Part shown: positions 38,657 through 50,541 of the stretch, in pieces
Numbering within the stretch: position 1 is the first letter of the stretch
Layout: each line of letters begins with the position of its first letter
From: Podarcis filfolensis
Lineage: Eukaryota
Length of the DNA stretch: 64,000 bases
Direction: 5' to 3' (one strand)
NCBI GenBank assembly: GCA_964270895.1
Contig: OZ185442.1
The notes under the pieces: generated by a model
The model's database searches: none
Told to the model about the DNA's origin: nothing
What the model saw: only the letters and a program-made list of their open reading frames with translations
Translations under genes and position numbers: made by a program

Positions 38657-39959
38657 CCTGTATAGACTTGATTAAGATGGTGTATTTGCATACACACATG
38701 CTCAAGCCAGCAGTATGCATTCCTGTGTTTGGGTAGGGGAACTTCCAAGGCCCAAATCCAAATTGGAACCATAGCAGGGAGCAGACAGATAAAGCTGCTC
38801 TACCCTGACACCATGGTCATGTTTTGGATTGGGGCACCCAGCCTGGCAACGTGTAGAAAACAAACAAAAAAAACTCCTTCATTTAAGAGCACAGATTCTG
38901 TGATAAAATAATTACCGGTATCCTGTTGGAACACCATCACCACCCCACTCCCCTACAGATGTGTACATTGCTAGCTGGCATTGGTGTATTGATTACCATC
39001 TTGGTTGCAAAATGTACTCTGACTGCTAGAAAATTAAGAGCCAGAAAAAAAGGAGGGGGCTGTGTGTGAATGGGATGTGCTTTTGCTCTGTTATGTTTGT
39101 AGTGTATAGGCACTAGCTTATATGGAGGGTACATGTCCCCTTTGCTTCTGAGAGAAGTTGTACTTAAATTAAGCACGAGGTGTTTTTATGCAATACTGTA
39201 TGTTAAGAAACCTGCATTTTCACATGTATTCTATATTACCATTTTTGTATTGAATTGTGGTGGCCTATGGCTTTGAACAAGAAAGAGATACTTTAGTTGG
39301 ACCCTCAGGGCAGCCTGGAGCCAAAGTTATGAGTCACGTGCTCTGGACAAACAAAGCTGTGTTGTCCCTCCCTCTGGGCCTTGCTAGGGATTGCTGCTGG
39401 GATTTTCCATGAAACTGTAAGAGGGAAGGTGGAAACCGGTATAACCAAAGCACAGGGTATTTTGCGGTTATCAGGATCTGAAAAGACAAAGCCAGAACGA
39501 ACTTGTGTGCCACATAGATGGCATCCTTGCATCTGATTTTAGGAAGTGGGAGGAGACTGGGCAGCAGTGCCACGTGGCAAGGATGTTAGGACGTATTTGT
39601 AGCAATGTCATTGTGGGAAGCTCCCTGCAAGATTTGCTGTTCCAAACTTGAATGATACTGAAGCATAAAACAAACATGATTTGTGCAACTCCTGCTCAGA
39701 CTGAACTCTCTGGGAAGTGTTGGCTGCCCTTGGTCTCCATTCTCAGCTGGTGTCCCCCATGTTCATTCCTCCAGGCTGCCACTTAACAGACACATTCCCA
39801 TTTCCTATCATTACATCTTCCATAACTCTTTATGAAATAAAATATTCTCTTGCCTCTTCCCATCTCTGCCAACATTGTCACAAAATGTCATTAGTGCATT
39901 GTGCATGGGAATGGGGGTGTCTAGTATTTTATCTGAAACTGCTTGACTTCAGTGTTTGA

Positions 39960-40220
39960 TTACACAACCTCTGGAGATACTTTTGTTCATTCTGTGGGTT
40001 CTTAAGATACATTAGTTCTCGCTGGTTGTAACAAGCAGCATTTTCAGCCACCGTGAATGGGATGTTTTGCTTTAACATTATTTCCTGTAGGCTCAGCAAA
40101 ATCATTAAAACATCAGCAAACATGTTTATAGCAGAATGCTCTCCTCATTAGTCATGGTTCCTTTCACTTTAGTGTCCTTTCATATGAAGTTGGCTGACTC
40201 TTTCAGTGGCAAGCAGGTGA
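39960..40220 (+). pseudogene. Possible class-C GPCR (V2R-like) transmembrane remnant
   Basis: LVMVPFTLVSFHMKLADSFSGK resembles the V2R motif LAIVSFTVAFLARKLPDSFNEAK. Upstream FCSFCGF..L*QAAF..LSKII resembles the V2R TM2-3 region. Stops and frameshifts are present. Confidence 0.3.
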
Positions 40221-41041
40221 AGGGAGGGCAGCAGTCAGCCTGTTTAAAGGGCATCTTCTTAGATTTCCATGACCTGCCCTACTGTGAGGTGGGGTCAGTA
40301 AGGTGCATGTGCATGAAAGGGGCAGTAAGCCTGCCAATCGTACCATGGAACTGGGGTGGAGAGAGAGAGACTTAATTTATCTCTACAGACACTATAAACC
40401 TAATGGGGGAACAAGAGCTGTTGGGAGTGTTTATGCTTAGAGTCCTTCTGCCTTATGCCCTGCCTGCACATACATACAAATAAATTGGTTATCCCAAAGA
40501 CACCACAAGCCTTCACACAACAGCTTTCATTCCAAAGAAACCAAACCCATGGTATGTATTGGGACTCCTGAAACTTTACCGCGTGGAGATTGGGTTGCAC
40601 ATAACAACACTTCCTAGAATCTGCAGAACTTTCTGAAATTCCACAAGTTTTGATTTTGAGATAGGCAATTGGCACAATGTTATTGTAACAACATCAGCTT
40701 CCTTTGAGTCCATCAGCTTCTATCATATTTTTCTATCTTTTTAATGTATTTATTTATTGGTATTGGTATTGGTATTATAAGGTTGCAGGGCAAGTAAGGA
40801 AGGCACAAAAATAATGGTTGGTATTTGATGCTAGTTCCACTCTGAGCAGACCCACTGAAGCTAATGGTCATAACTAACTTAAATTCATTCAAGGTGATGG
40901 AAGGTCATGTGAGGAAGACCTGCTTGGTAGTGGCTATCAAGTTCAGGAACACACTTCCTGGGAATTCAGCTACCACCAACATCACCCCAACTTCTTTCAT
41001 CTGCTTTGCATGTAGAATGTCCCAGGTTCAATCCCTTATAG

Positions 41042-41177
41042 CAGGCTTCCTCAACCTTGGCCCTCCAGATGTTTTGAGAATATAATTCGCATCTTCTCTG
41101 ACCACTGGTCCTGCTAGCTAGGGATCATGGGGGTTGTAGGCCAAAAACATCTGGAGGGCCGAGGTTGAGGAAGCCTG
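41042..41177. mobile_element. Palindromic hAT MITE, 136 bp, inserted in a SINE
   Basis: TIRs CAGGCTTCCTCAACCT / AGGTTGAGGAAGCCTG with an 8-bp TSD CCTTATAG / CCTTACAG. Confidence 0.88.
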
Positions 41178-41189
41178 CCTTACAGCATC

Positions 41190-41819
41190 GACTCAGGAGA
41201 GTATACATGCAGAACTGCAAAAAATGCTAAAGATCTCTTTCAATAAAAAACCAGAGGCCTACCTCCTGGGAATAACAGATTTGGATATTCCACAAAAGAG
41301 GAAGGGTATCTTTTTATATGCGATGACGGCAGCAAGAGTTTTGATCGCAGCAAAATGGAAGAGTAATGAAATCCCCTCTATACAAGATTGGATCCAAAAG
41401 CTGACAGAATATGCCGAATTAGATGGTTTATCAGAAAAAATAAAGAATAAATCAAAACAGGAATTTGTTTCAAAATGGGAGGTTTTCAAAGAAAATCTGA
41501 AAAATAAATATAGTAGTTTAAATTCTGTTGCAGCATTCGAGGAACTTCAGTAATAGTTGCAAGGTAGATATAAGAAATTAGATTTATTGAGAATAAGTTT
41601 AATTATGATAAAAGTGTGTATTGGCAATAAGTAATATGAATTTGAAATATGGAATAGACGGGAGGTTGGGTCTTTAGTGTTAAGACCAATAGATGTTTTA
41701 TTGTTTGCTAAGAAAATTATGTGTCTATGGTTATTTTTGTAATTTGTGTGTAATTTGGTATTTGTGTTTTTTTTTCTTTTTTCTTGTTGTATAAATAAAA
41801 AACTTTATTTAAAAAAAAG
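41190..41819 (+). mobile_element. 5'-truncated L1/Tx1-like LINE with polyA tail
   Basis: ORF2 C-terminus (KKPEAYLLG...AARVLIAAKWK), AT-rich 3' UTR, AATAAA and A-tail. 21-bp TSD GGAAGCCTGCCTTACAGCATC at 41169-41189 and 41820-41840. Confidence 0.9.
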
Positions 41820-43116
41820 GGAAGCCTGCCTTACAGCATCACCAGGTAGGGGTAGGAGAGAACCTCCCTTCCTGAAACTTGGTGAGCCATTGCTGCCAGT
41901 AGCTGCAGGCACTATTGCGCTAGATAGACCAATGGTCTGACTCTCAGGCAGCTTCCCATGTTCCAATGACGAGTGAAAATATTTCTCTTTCATTGGGTAC
42001 TTGCTTAGAACACCTGTTTCATTTTGTTCTCCTTTCTGTGATTTTTGCTGGTGTTTATACTGCTCTAGCATTAGGTATTCCCTTTTTTTTTTTTTGTATT
42101 TGTTTGCTCCCCCAGACTTACCATTTTTGGTGCTGAAATAGCAGCGGATGCTTCTTCTAATACCCAAATGTTTGACTGCAGTCCTGTAAGATGGTTGCTG
42201 GTGCTTGGGAAGGGGAACAGGTACAAACGACAAGGCTTTCAGCTGCAGCAATACAGAAGGATCCCTGTTGCTGGTTCTTTCAAATCATGGCACTTTGCTT
42301 TTTCCAGCAGCCTCTTGAACTGCCTGAATGTTCCTTTGCAGTTTGGCATCCAGTGAAATGCCGCGTCATGAGCCAATAACTCTTTCTGTGCTGTTGTGAT
42401 TGCTGTTGTCATGTCTGGAATAAACTTTGCTAGATCCTGGCCATTCCTAGAAATCTTTGTACATCAACCTTATTCTTTGGACCAGGCATTCCAATGCTGG
42501 CTTTGATTTTAGTTGCATCAGGTATTAGGCCATCTTTGGTTAACCTATGTCCTCAACATTTACCAGTAATTTCTGACATGGCAAATCTGCACTTTTCATT
42601 CTGTTTCAGGTTCCTCTCCCAATACCTGTCTGGAATTGGCTTCAGGCATTCTTGCTGATGTTTACCTACTATGATGTTGTCAGTTCAACATATGACGCCA
42701 TCATACAGGGGGCCTCTTCAGTCATTACCATTAAGTGGCTCTTGAAAACATTTCTTGTTTTGTTTGGCCTTTTATTGACTTTCCATGTGAGTTAGTAATG
42801 TAGTTGCTGCTGCTTTACTGTATTTAGTGGTGACTGGTTTAAACTAAATGCTCCTTTTAAAATATTTTATTGTTTGCTAGCTTTTGTAAAGTTAATGTGT
42901 AAATGTATTAAAATAAATAAAATGGCAACTGGATCAGCCTTTGGTACCTATATGGAGCTGAAGCGATACCAAATGGTAATTAAGAGAAAATTAATCACTA
43001 ATGATCCAAATGTCCTAAATGGGAAGCATGAGAGGCAGATCCTGCAAGAAGGAAGTTTCTGATTAGTAGCCTTGAAGAGCTGCAATGACACTTGGCTGTT
43101 CTGCAATCAACAGCAT

Positions 43117-43366
43117 GAGCCAGTGTGGTGTAGTGGTTAAGAGCAGTAGACTCGTAATCTGGTGAACTGGGTTTGCAGCTCCGCTGCTCCACATGCAGCT
43201 GCTGGGTGATCTTGGGCTAGTCACACTTCTTTGAAGTCTCTCAGCCCCACTCACCTCACAGAGTGTTTGTTGTGGGGGAGGAAGGGAAAGGAGAACGTTA
43301 GCCGTTTTGAGACTCCTTCGGGTAGTGATAAAGCGGGATATCAAATCCAAACTCTTCTTCTTCTTC
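43117..43366 (+). mobile_element. tRNA/CORE-type SINE with (CTT)n tail (Squam3-like)
   Basis: A-box GTGGTGTAGTGGTTAAGAGC, CORE-like GCTGCTGGGTGATCTTGGGCTAGTCAC, and tail CTCTTCTTCTTCTTC. Confidence 0.8.
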
Positions 43367-43974
43367 CTGCAATTGCATACCGTGAGAGGAAATTTCCACC
43401 AACTAGCCATTCCTAAACTTGAAAAAAGAAGAAAGGAAATATGGACAATCTAATATGAGGGTGGTCCATTCTGACAGAGGATCTGTATTCTAGTTTCGGG
43501 GGTGCTGGTGGTTCTCTGCCTTCAAAGTTTTGGGAGATAGGTCAGTCAAGGAATTGATGGGCAAAACTTTCAGAAGCGGTCCTTTAACCATGATAATGAC
43601 ACCCAGTAGTTGTCCTGGTTTTTGCATAAAGTTCTTAGGGAAATATTTTGGCTATGTGGGGAACAAGCCTCTGAAATGCAGATGGTTTTAATGAGGATCC
43701 AGATACACCATCCACATTAGAAACAATTTCCAGCCAGTGGAAACTCACTATGGACTGTTATATGGAGCAGAGCAGAGTTACAGTTATGTAAACTGGGGAG
43801 AAGGAATCCAAGCAAGAGTCACAGGGACCACAGCAGAAAGGAAGAGTCCAGAACGAAGTTCAGTGGAGCACCACCCTCCCCGCTCCCTGCCAACAGCCTG
43901 TGAGTTTCTGAGGAAAGTACACATCAATCTGAAATCTCTGTTGTGACATGGGAAATTTGTGTTTTCAAAATTAT

Positions 43975-45488
43975 ATATATATATATTTTTAAAGATATTT
44001 ATTAGAGTTTTACAAAAAACAAAGATTTACAGAATAAAAGAAAAACCAAGAAAAAGAAAAATTTAAAAATACATAAAGAAGAAAAAATAGAAAAATACAA
44101 AAAACAAATCCCTTTTTTGATGTTTTTAAGCTCATTTGCTTGTTTCCTTGACCTCCTCACACCTCCCCTTTTTGCATTCCCATTTACATAATCAATTCAG
44201 CAAATCCTTACCCTCTATCATTTATCTTAGCTCTATATCCTAACATATTATGACTCTATCTTTTCATCCATTTATCAATTCATTTTTGCATATTCTTATT
44301 AACTTTTGTTGCTGAATACCACTTATTGCCAATCCGAACATAATTTTAACATTCATTAATTTTACAATATTTCTGAAGATAGTCTTTAAATTTCTTCCAG
44401 TCTTCCTCCACCACCTCTTCTCCCAAGTCTCGGATTCTGCCAGTCATTTCCGCCAATTGCATATAGTCCATCATCTTCATCTGCCACTCTTCCAGGGTGG
44501 GTAGATCTTGTGTCTTCCAATACTTTGCAATAAGTATTCTTGCTGCTGTTGTTGCATACATAAAGAAAGTTCTGTCCTTCTTTGGCACCAATTGGCCGAC
44601 AATGCCCAGAAGGAAGGCCTCTGGTTTCTTCAGGAAGGTATATTTAAATACCTTTTTCATTTCATTATAGATCATTTCCCAGAAAGCCTTAATTCTTGGG
44701 CACGTCCACCAAAGGTGAAAGAATGTACCTTCAGTTTCTTTACATTTCCAACATTTATTATCGGGCAAATGATATATTTTTGCAAGCTTGACTGGGGTCA
44801 TGTACCACCTGTATATCATTTTCATAATATTCTCTCTTAAGGCATTACATGCTGTAAATTTCATACCTGTGGTCCACAACTGTTCCCAGTCAGCAAACAT
44901 GATGTTATGACCGATATCCTGTGCCCATTTAATCATTGCAGATTTAACCGTTTCATCCTGCGTATTCCATTTTAACAGCAAGTTATACATTCTTGAAAGT
45001 ATCTTAGTTTTGGGATCTAACAGTTCTGTTTCCAATTTTGATTTTCCCACCTGGAAGCCAATTTTTTTGTCCAAATTATAGGCCTCTCTTATTTGATAAT
45101 AATGAAGCCAATCTCGCACTTTATCTTTTAATTTCTCAAAACTCTGCAATTTCAATTTGTCTCCTTCTTGTTCCAATATTTCCCAATATTTCGGCCATTT
45201 GGCCTCCATATTGAGCTTTTTTTGAGCCTTCGCTTCCATTGGTGACAACCACCTTGGGGTTTTGTTTTCCAATAAGTCTTTGTATCTTATCCAGACATTG
45301 AACAATGCTTTCCTGACAATATGGTTTTTAAATGCTTTATGTGCTTTAACCTTGTCGTACCACAAATATGCATGCCACCCAAAAACATTATTGAAACCTT
45401 CCAAATCCAAAATGTCTGTGTTCTCAAGAAGCAGCCAGTCTTTCAACCAGCAGAATGCTGCTGATTCATAGTAAAGTTTAAGGTCCGG
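43975..45488 (-). mobile_element. 5'-truncated L1/Tx1-like LINE with uninterrupted ORF2 C-terminal 381 codons
   Basis: ORF 44346-45491 contains PDLKLYY, the zinc knuckle CWKCKETEGTFFHLWWTC and KPEAFLLG. The 3' UTR carries AATAAA (43998-44003, minus) and a (TA)n tail. Confidence 0.9.
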
Positions 45489-45850
45489 CACACAGTGTGC
45501 CTAATTCAAGGAATGTGTTTAGCTGCACCCAAGCAACCGGCTGTGCGGTTTTATCCCTGACTATGTGGAATACAATTGTTTTTGCTATGCTATGTGGAGC
45601 CGGAGGAGTGGCTGGGAACCTGAGGTGGTTGGTGCCTGCCCTGTTCCTGGCAATTGCGTAAGAATGACACCTGAAAAAGTGGGTGACATATGTGAAAAGA
45701 CGCCCCTTGAAGTCATCCGAGAGCCTTCCTGTTGTTTGCTTGGCACCTGGCTGTTCCAAGGCCATGGAGGTGAAGAGGGCAGAGGCCGCTACACAACCAT
45801 GCCATGCAAGAGGCCATGCAAGAGGATGAGAATGTGAAGTCACTAACCAA
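45487..45850. promoter_or_regulatory. Candidate glucocorticoid-responsive enhancer of TAT
   Basis: Perfect palindrome GGCACA-cag-TGTGCC 45487-45501, C/EBP-type ATTGCGTAAG 45653-45662, and FOXA-type TGTTTGC near 45733-45740. The cluster is about 2.9 kb upstream of the inferred TAT TSS. Confidence 0.5.
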
Positions 45851-48269
45851 ACATTGGTGATGAAATTAGCCAATATTGACTTGGCTTCAAAGGAGGGGGG
45901 GGCGGGAGGGGGGGGTGAAAGCTCTCCACAAATGGGAGAAAGTGGTTCCTGCTGCCTTCCTTTCCCCTCCCTTCCCATTGCACAATGGCTTGCTGCGGAG
46001 AGTCTCATAACACAAGTCATGGTAACCTTCCCCACCCATCAAGGCACGGAGTTCATTGTCCTCCATGGGGGGCCCTGTGCAGATCTTTGGTGCTGGATAG
46101 AAATAAGGTCTCTTACTGGTGCAGCTTGACGGCAGATAGAGGAGGGAGTTAAATCCAGCTAAAAGAGAGTGAAACCCAAGCACTGCAAAGGGGAGAGAGG
46201 AATGGGGGACCACCACCCCCCGCCCTAGTCTATGAAGTGGCATCTCTTGATAAACAAAAGGCTGGAGAGGCTGCTGTTGGGTCTGCAAGCAGGAACCTCC
46301 CTAGAGCCAGTCCTCATGTTTGGGGAGGAAGGAGGCGATGGAGGCAAACCCCCAGAAAGTGAACGAAACAGCCAGAGGATGCTGTGGTGGCTGAAAGCCT
46401 GATGGGGAGGGCGGAATTCCCCAAGGTAGGCCTTGCAAAGAGCCCCTTAGACTGCAGCCCATTTGCCTCTTCAAGAGCAGAGAGGCAGCACGAGCCACAC
46501 CCACTTGCCCAACTTCTGCTTCCTGCAGCAGCATCACCAGGGCCCCTGCCAAGCTGTAGGTGCCTCCCTGGCAGGCAGAAGGGGAAGGGGAGAGTTCGTG
46601 GATGCTGCTGGCTGTGCTGTACGTAAAAAAAAAAAAAAACTCCGAGGATGGAGGAGACTGGATGGAGCCTGGGTAGGAAGGTGCCAGAGAGTCTGCTGCT
46701 AGCTTTGCACTTCTGGGGCCGAAGGAAAGGGGAGCATCTGGGATGGGTTACTGGAAGAGCTGCTGATGCATTCTGTGTGCATTGCGGGGAATCTTTCTCC
46801 CACGGTGCTAAATAGACCCCTCACCATTCTCTGTGCTCTGTCTAGGGATTCCTCCCCACAAAAGAGGTTTCAGGTGGTGTTGCCCCCATAGCATGCCTGT
46901 CGCCCAGCCTTTCTGAGGGGAGCACTTTCTGGAGGCTTCTTGGGCAGCACCTGTGAGGTCCAAAATGTTTAGCAGTCCTCCCTCCCACCTGCAGACTGCC
47001 AGCCTTACGTAACTCAGGCTATCAGTTGATGCAAAGTTGAACCAAAGGGCTCCTGTCGACTGAACCTTGCAAGGTGACATGCAGAGTCATTGCTTGCATC
47101 AACTGGGAGGGAGGGAGGGAGGCTTGCCAGGCACATTATGGTGGGGGAGAAATGTCTCAAGGCCAGCTTCGCTCTGCTGCAGCTACAGCCTGCAGAACTG
47201 GGCAGATCTTGGCACCAGCAACGCTTCAGGGCAGGCAATGGGGAAAGGAGTCACAGAGCCTGACGCTTGAGGGTGAGCCTGATGGGCCCCAAGAATTGGC
47301 CTTGAGGGACAGGTGTTGACCTGGCACTGCCAGTCATCCTGTTCTCTGTCCTCAGTGTTGTTCTGGCTGTGGAAGAGACCTTGTGCCACTTGCAAAGCTG
47401 GGAGGGGGGCTCCTTGGCACAGAAACACTATTGGTGCCAGCTAGAGAAGGCAAAGCCTGTAATTATGGGTGCCTTGCAATGCCAGCGACTATACCTTGAC
47501 CAGCTATACTGACTGGTGGGCATTGTTTCCTCATGGGTGCTTTCTGAGCCAGGCTGTTCAGAAGCTACCAATTTCTTTCTCTCCCTCTAGGCCTGAGGTA
47601 GATACACATCCGCTAGCTGCTTAAGCTAGCTCTCCACCACTCCTCCAGCAATGAGATCTGCCTCTTTGCTGGAGATTAATGGGGTCCTCGCCAGGCAGGT
47701 ACCCTTTGATCTTCAGCTGCTGGGGGTGTGGTGGGGCTGGCTGCCTGTGGTTGGAGGAGGACGGTAGGACTGTTGTTGCTATCGGGACACCTCCTCTTCG
47801 CTTGCTTGCGTGCGTGGATGTGGGTGGGGGGGAACATTTGGGACTCATTAGTGCTTTGCAACGTGGAGCTGGAGATGATGGGATGAATGCAGCTGATTGC
47901 ATCAGGCCAAGACTGCCAGGCTAAGCCTTGGACCACTGAGGCACTGAGGAAATTAACACACCCCTCTCCACTGTGGGCACCCAGCCTCTGCAGGCCCAGT
48001 ATTCTCCAGCAATGAGGTTTGCAATCTGGCTGCCCCTGGTACTGGAGGGGTGGCATACTCACCTGATCTGCCAAGGCCAGACTGGGAGGGGCCCTACCCC
48101 AATTTTGTGCTCGCACTTCACAAACAGGATCAGGGAGCCGTGGGGGTGTAGATGGCAGTCGAAGGGTTAACATGCAGGCAGTGTTTGCTCCAGATGTTTG
48201 GAGCTAGACTATTACTGAGCTGGTGTGTCTGTGTGTCCTGATGGGGGGGGGGGGGAGTGCGGCCCTCCC

Positions 48270-48500
48270 TATCAGCCAATCATTAAAGGTCTCCAAGCTG
48301 ACACCCAGTTCTTGGCTGGGAATCTGCAATGGGGCCCTGTTGTGCTCCTGCCCGCCTATCCCACATAAAAGGGCCCAGGGAAGGCTCTGATCTCCCCATT
48401 CAGCAGCTCCAGAGCAGGCAGAGCGGCCTGCCAGGTTCATCAGAGGTGCCTCGTTCGCTCACCTTTGCCACCACACAAAGCTGCAGCTGCTGCCACATAG
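48270..48500 (+). promoter_or_regulatory. TAT: TAT core promoter and non-coding exon 1 (about 48395-48500)
   Basis: CCAAT 48276-48280, TATA-like CATAAAA 48364-48370, and donor ATAG|GTAAGA at 48500/48501. Mammalian TAT also has a non-coding exon 1. Confidence 0.6.
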
Positions 48501-49559
48501 GTAAGAGGCTCCTTGAGGTGCCACCTGTAAGCCTGACGGGGTCTGAGCTGGTTTCCACGGTCCCTGGGATGGAGTCCTCTGCGGGGAACAAGCACCGCAT
48601 GAAGGGCTGCAACAAAGTGGCGGAGGCAGAACTCAGGTGCTTTTCCTGGGACACCCCTGTCCCAGCATGTACACCCTCCGGAGACTAGGAGTGACCTGAG
48701 CAGACACAACAGAGAACCTGGAGGTGGACAATTGCAAAGGGACTGACCTGGCCTCTTGGGCCAGCGGAGGCTCTGGAACAAGGAACCAAGGAATTCTGGC
48801 GTCTGTGGAGAGTGGTTTTGACGTCTGTGTAGTTTGTTCCAAGAGGAGCCAGGACTTGAGGTGGCTCAGGGCGGAGGGTGCAGGCTGGCTTTATATTGGG
48901 AGGCAGGTGGCACCACACCTGCAATCAAATTTACTGCCATATTATGATTATTGTCTTATTCTGGGAGTACAGAGAGGAAATGACTTTTCAGCCAGTGTGA
49001 AGAGGTTCCTTGGGCTTTTGCAGCTGGCACTGGAGACTTCTTAGTTGTGCCCCTGGCTCTCATGTGCCCTTCTTGCCCAGGGAGCCACCAGCTGCCTCTC
49101 GCTCGCCTTGCTGCTTCCTTTGCCACATCCCACCAGCTTTGCCTTCTCAGCTCTCTCCAGCTGTGCCAGATTCTTTGGAGCGAGACAGGGGACAGAGGGA
49201 GGGAAGGGGGCAATGCAAGTCATAATCCTCCCAAGGCAAGTGCAGGGCCCCTTCCCTTCTCTCTCTCCTGGTCCAATGTTTGCTGGGTTTCCCCTCAGTG
49301 TTTTACAACAACAGTGGCTGACTCAGCCCTTGGATTTTGCCCATAAGATCCCTTGGTGGTGATACTCAGGTTCTGGTGACACTGTTTGGGCTTCTCAAAT
49401 GGCATTTGAAATTCCTGACAAATTATTCCCTTTTGTTCTTAAATCCGTTTCTATAATTAATCAATTTGACTTTTTAAAAAATACCGTAATCATGGCTTAA
49501 AGACAAACAGCCTAAAACACTTTACAAGATTTTTCATAGTAGACCAAAATTCATTTATA

Positions 49560-49785
49560 CAGTGGTACCTCAGGTTAAGTACTTAATTCATTCCGGAGGT
49601 CCGTTCTTAACCTGAAACTGTTCTTAACCTGAAGCACTACTTTAGCTAATGGGGCCTCCTGCTGCCGCCGCGCTGCTGGACCCTGATTTCTGTTCTCATC
49701 CTGAAGCAAAGTTCTTAACCTGAAGCACTATTTCTGGGTTAGCGGAGTCTGTAACCTGAAGCATATGTAACCCAAGGTACCACTG
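49560..49785. mobile_element. Tc1/mariner (Tigger-like) MITE
   Basis: TIRs CAGTGGTACCT / AGGTACCACTG, TA duplications, and internal TTAACCTGAA repeats. Confidence 0.88.
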
Positions 49786-50009
49786 TACACCCCTTTTTGA
49801 GTTCTAACAGTGCTTCAACAATACTCTCGCACTCATCCTAGCAGCAACCTTGAAAGGTAGGTCGGGAGAGAATGGCTTCCCTGAGGTCACCCAGTGAGTT
49901 TATACTGGAGATGAACTCCAAAGTGAAGAATGGGGGTGTCCTCCACCTCCAGCACTTAGGCACAACTAGATAAGTATGTTTTGAAAGAGAACTCGGTCAA
50001 AGCCTGCCC

Positions 50010-50010
<1 letters not shown>

Positions 50011-50041
<31 letters not shown>
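50011..50041. repeat. (AC)n microsatellite
   Basis: Direct reading. Confidence 0.95.
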
Positions 50042-50043
<2 letters not shown>

Positions 50044-50541
50044 GGTGTCTTGTCATTCATATGCCAAGTACATACTGTCCCTACCACTGTGGGAAGGAGG
50101 GCACAGAGGGAAAGCACATTTCCCTCATCCAAGTTGGCCTCTGGCCCAACTGCAGTTCTTGCCCCACTCCCCACACATCTCCACCCCCTTTTACCGGCTT
50201 CCCTGCTGTGAGGCTTGATCAGGGTCCTGCTAGGGGGATGTGGCAGCTGACTTGGCTCCTCCTGAACTAAGAGCTGCCTGCTCAGGACTGGTGCTTCCAC
50301 CCATGGGTGTAGCCAGGATTTTTGTTGGGGAGGGGCAGAATTGACATGATTGGTCAGTTAAGTATTTCTATTGTTTTACTTGATCTGGGGGGGCAGCTCC
50401 CCCCACCGTCGCCCCTTGGCTGCGCCCATGTCTCCACCCAATTCTGCCATGGCAGTGGCCTTGAGCAGACAGCAGCCTTGAAGAGAGGATTGTGTAATCA
50501 GGGATGCCGGCCCACCTGCTCTTTACACTTCCTTTCCAGAG

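Larger units (their letters stand above)
40995..41965 (+). mobile_element. Squam2-like SINE split by nested MITE and LINE (pieces about 40995-41041 and 41841-41965)
   Basis: The head CATCTGCTTTGCATGTAGAATGTCCCAGGTTCAATCC and the body CCAGGTAGGGGTAGGAGAG...GGCAGCTTCCCATGTTCC are contiguous in the intact copies. Confidence 0.75.
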
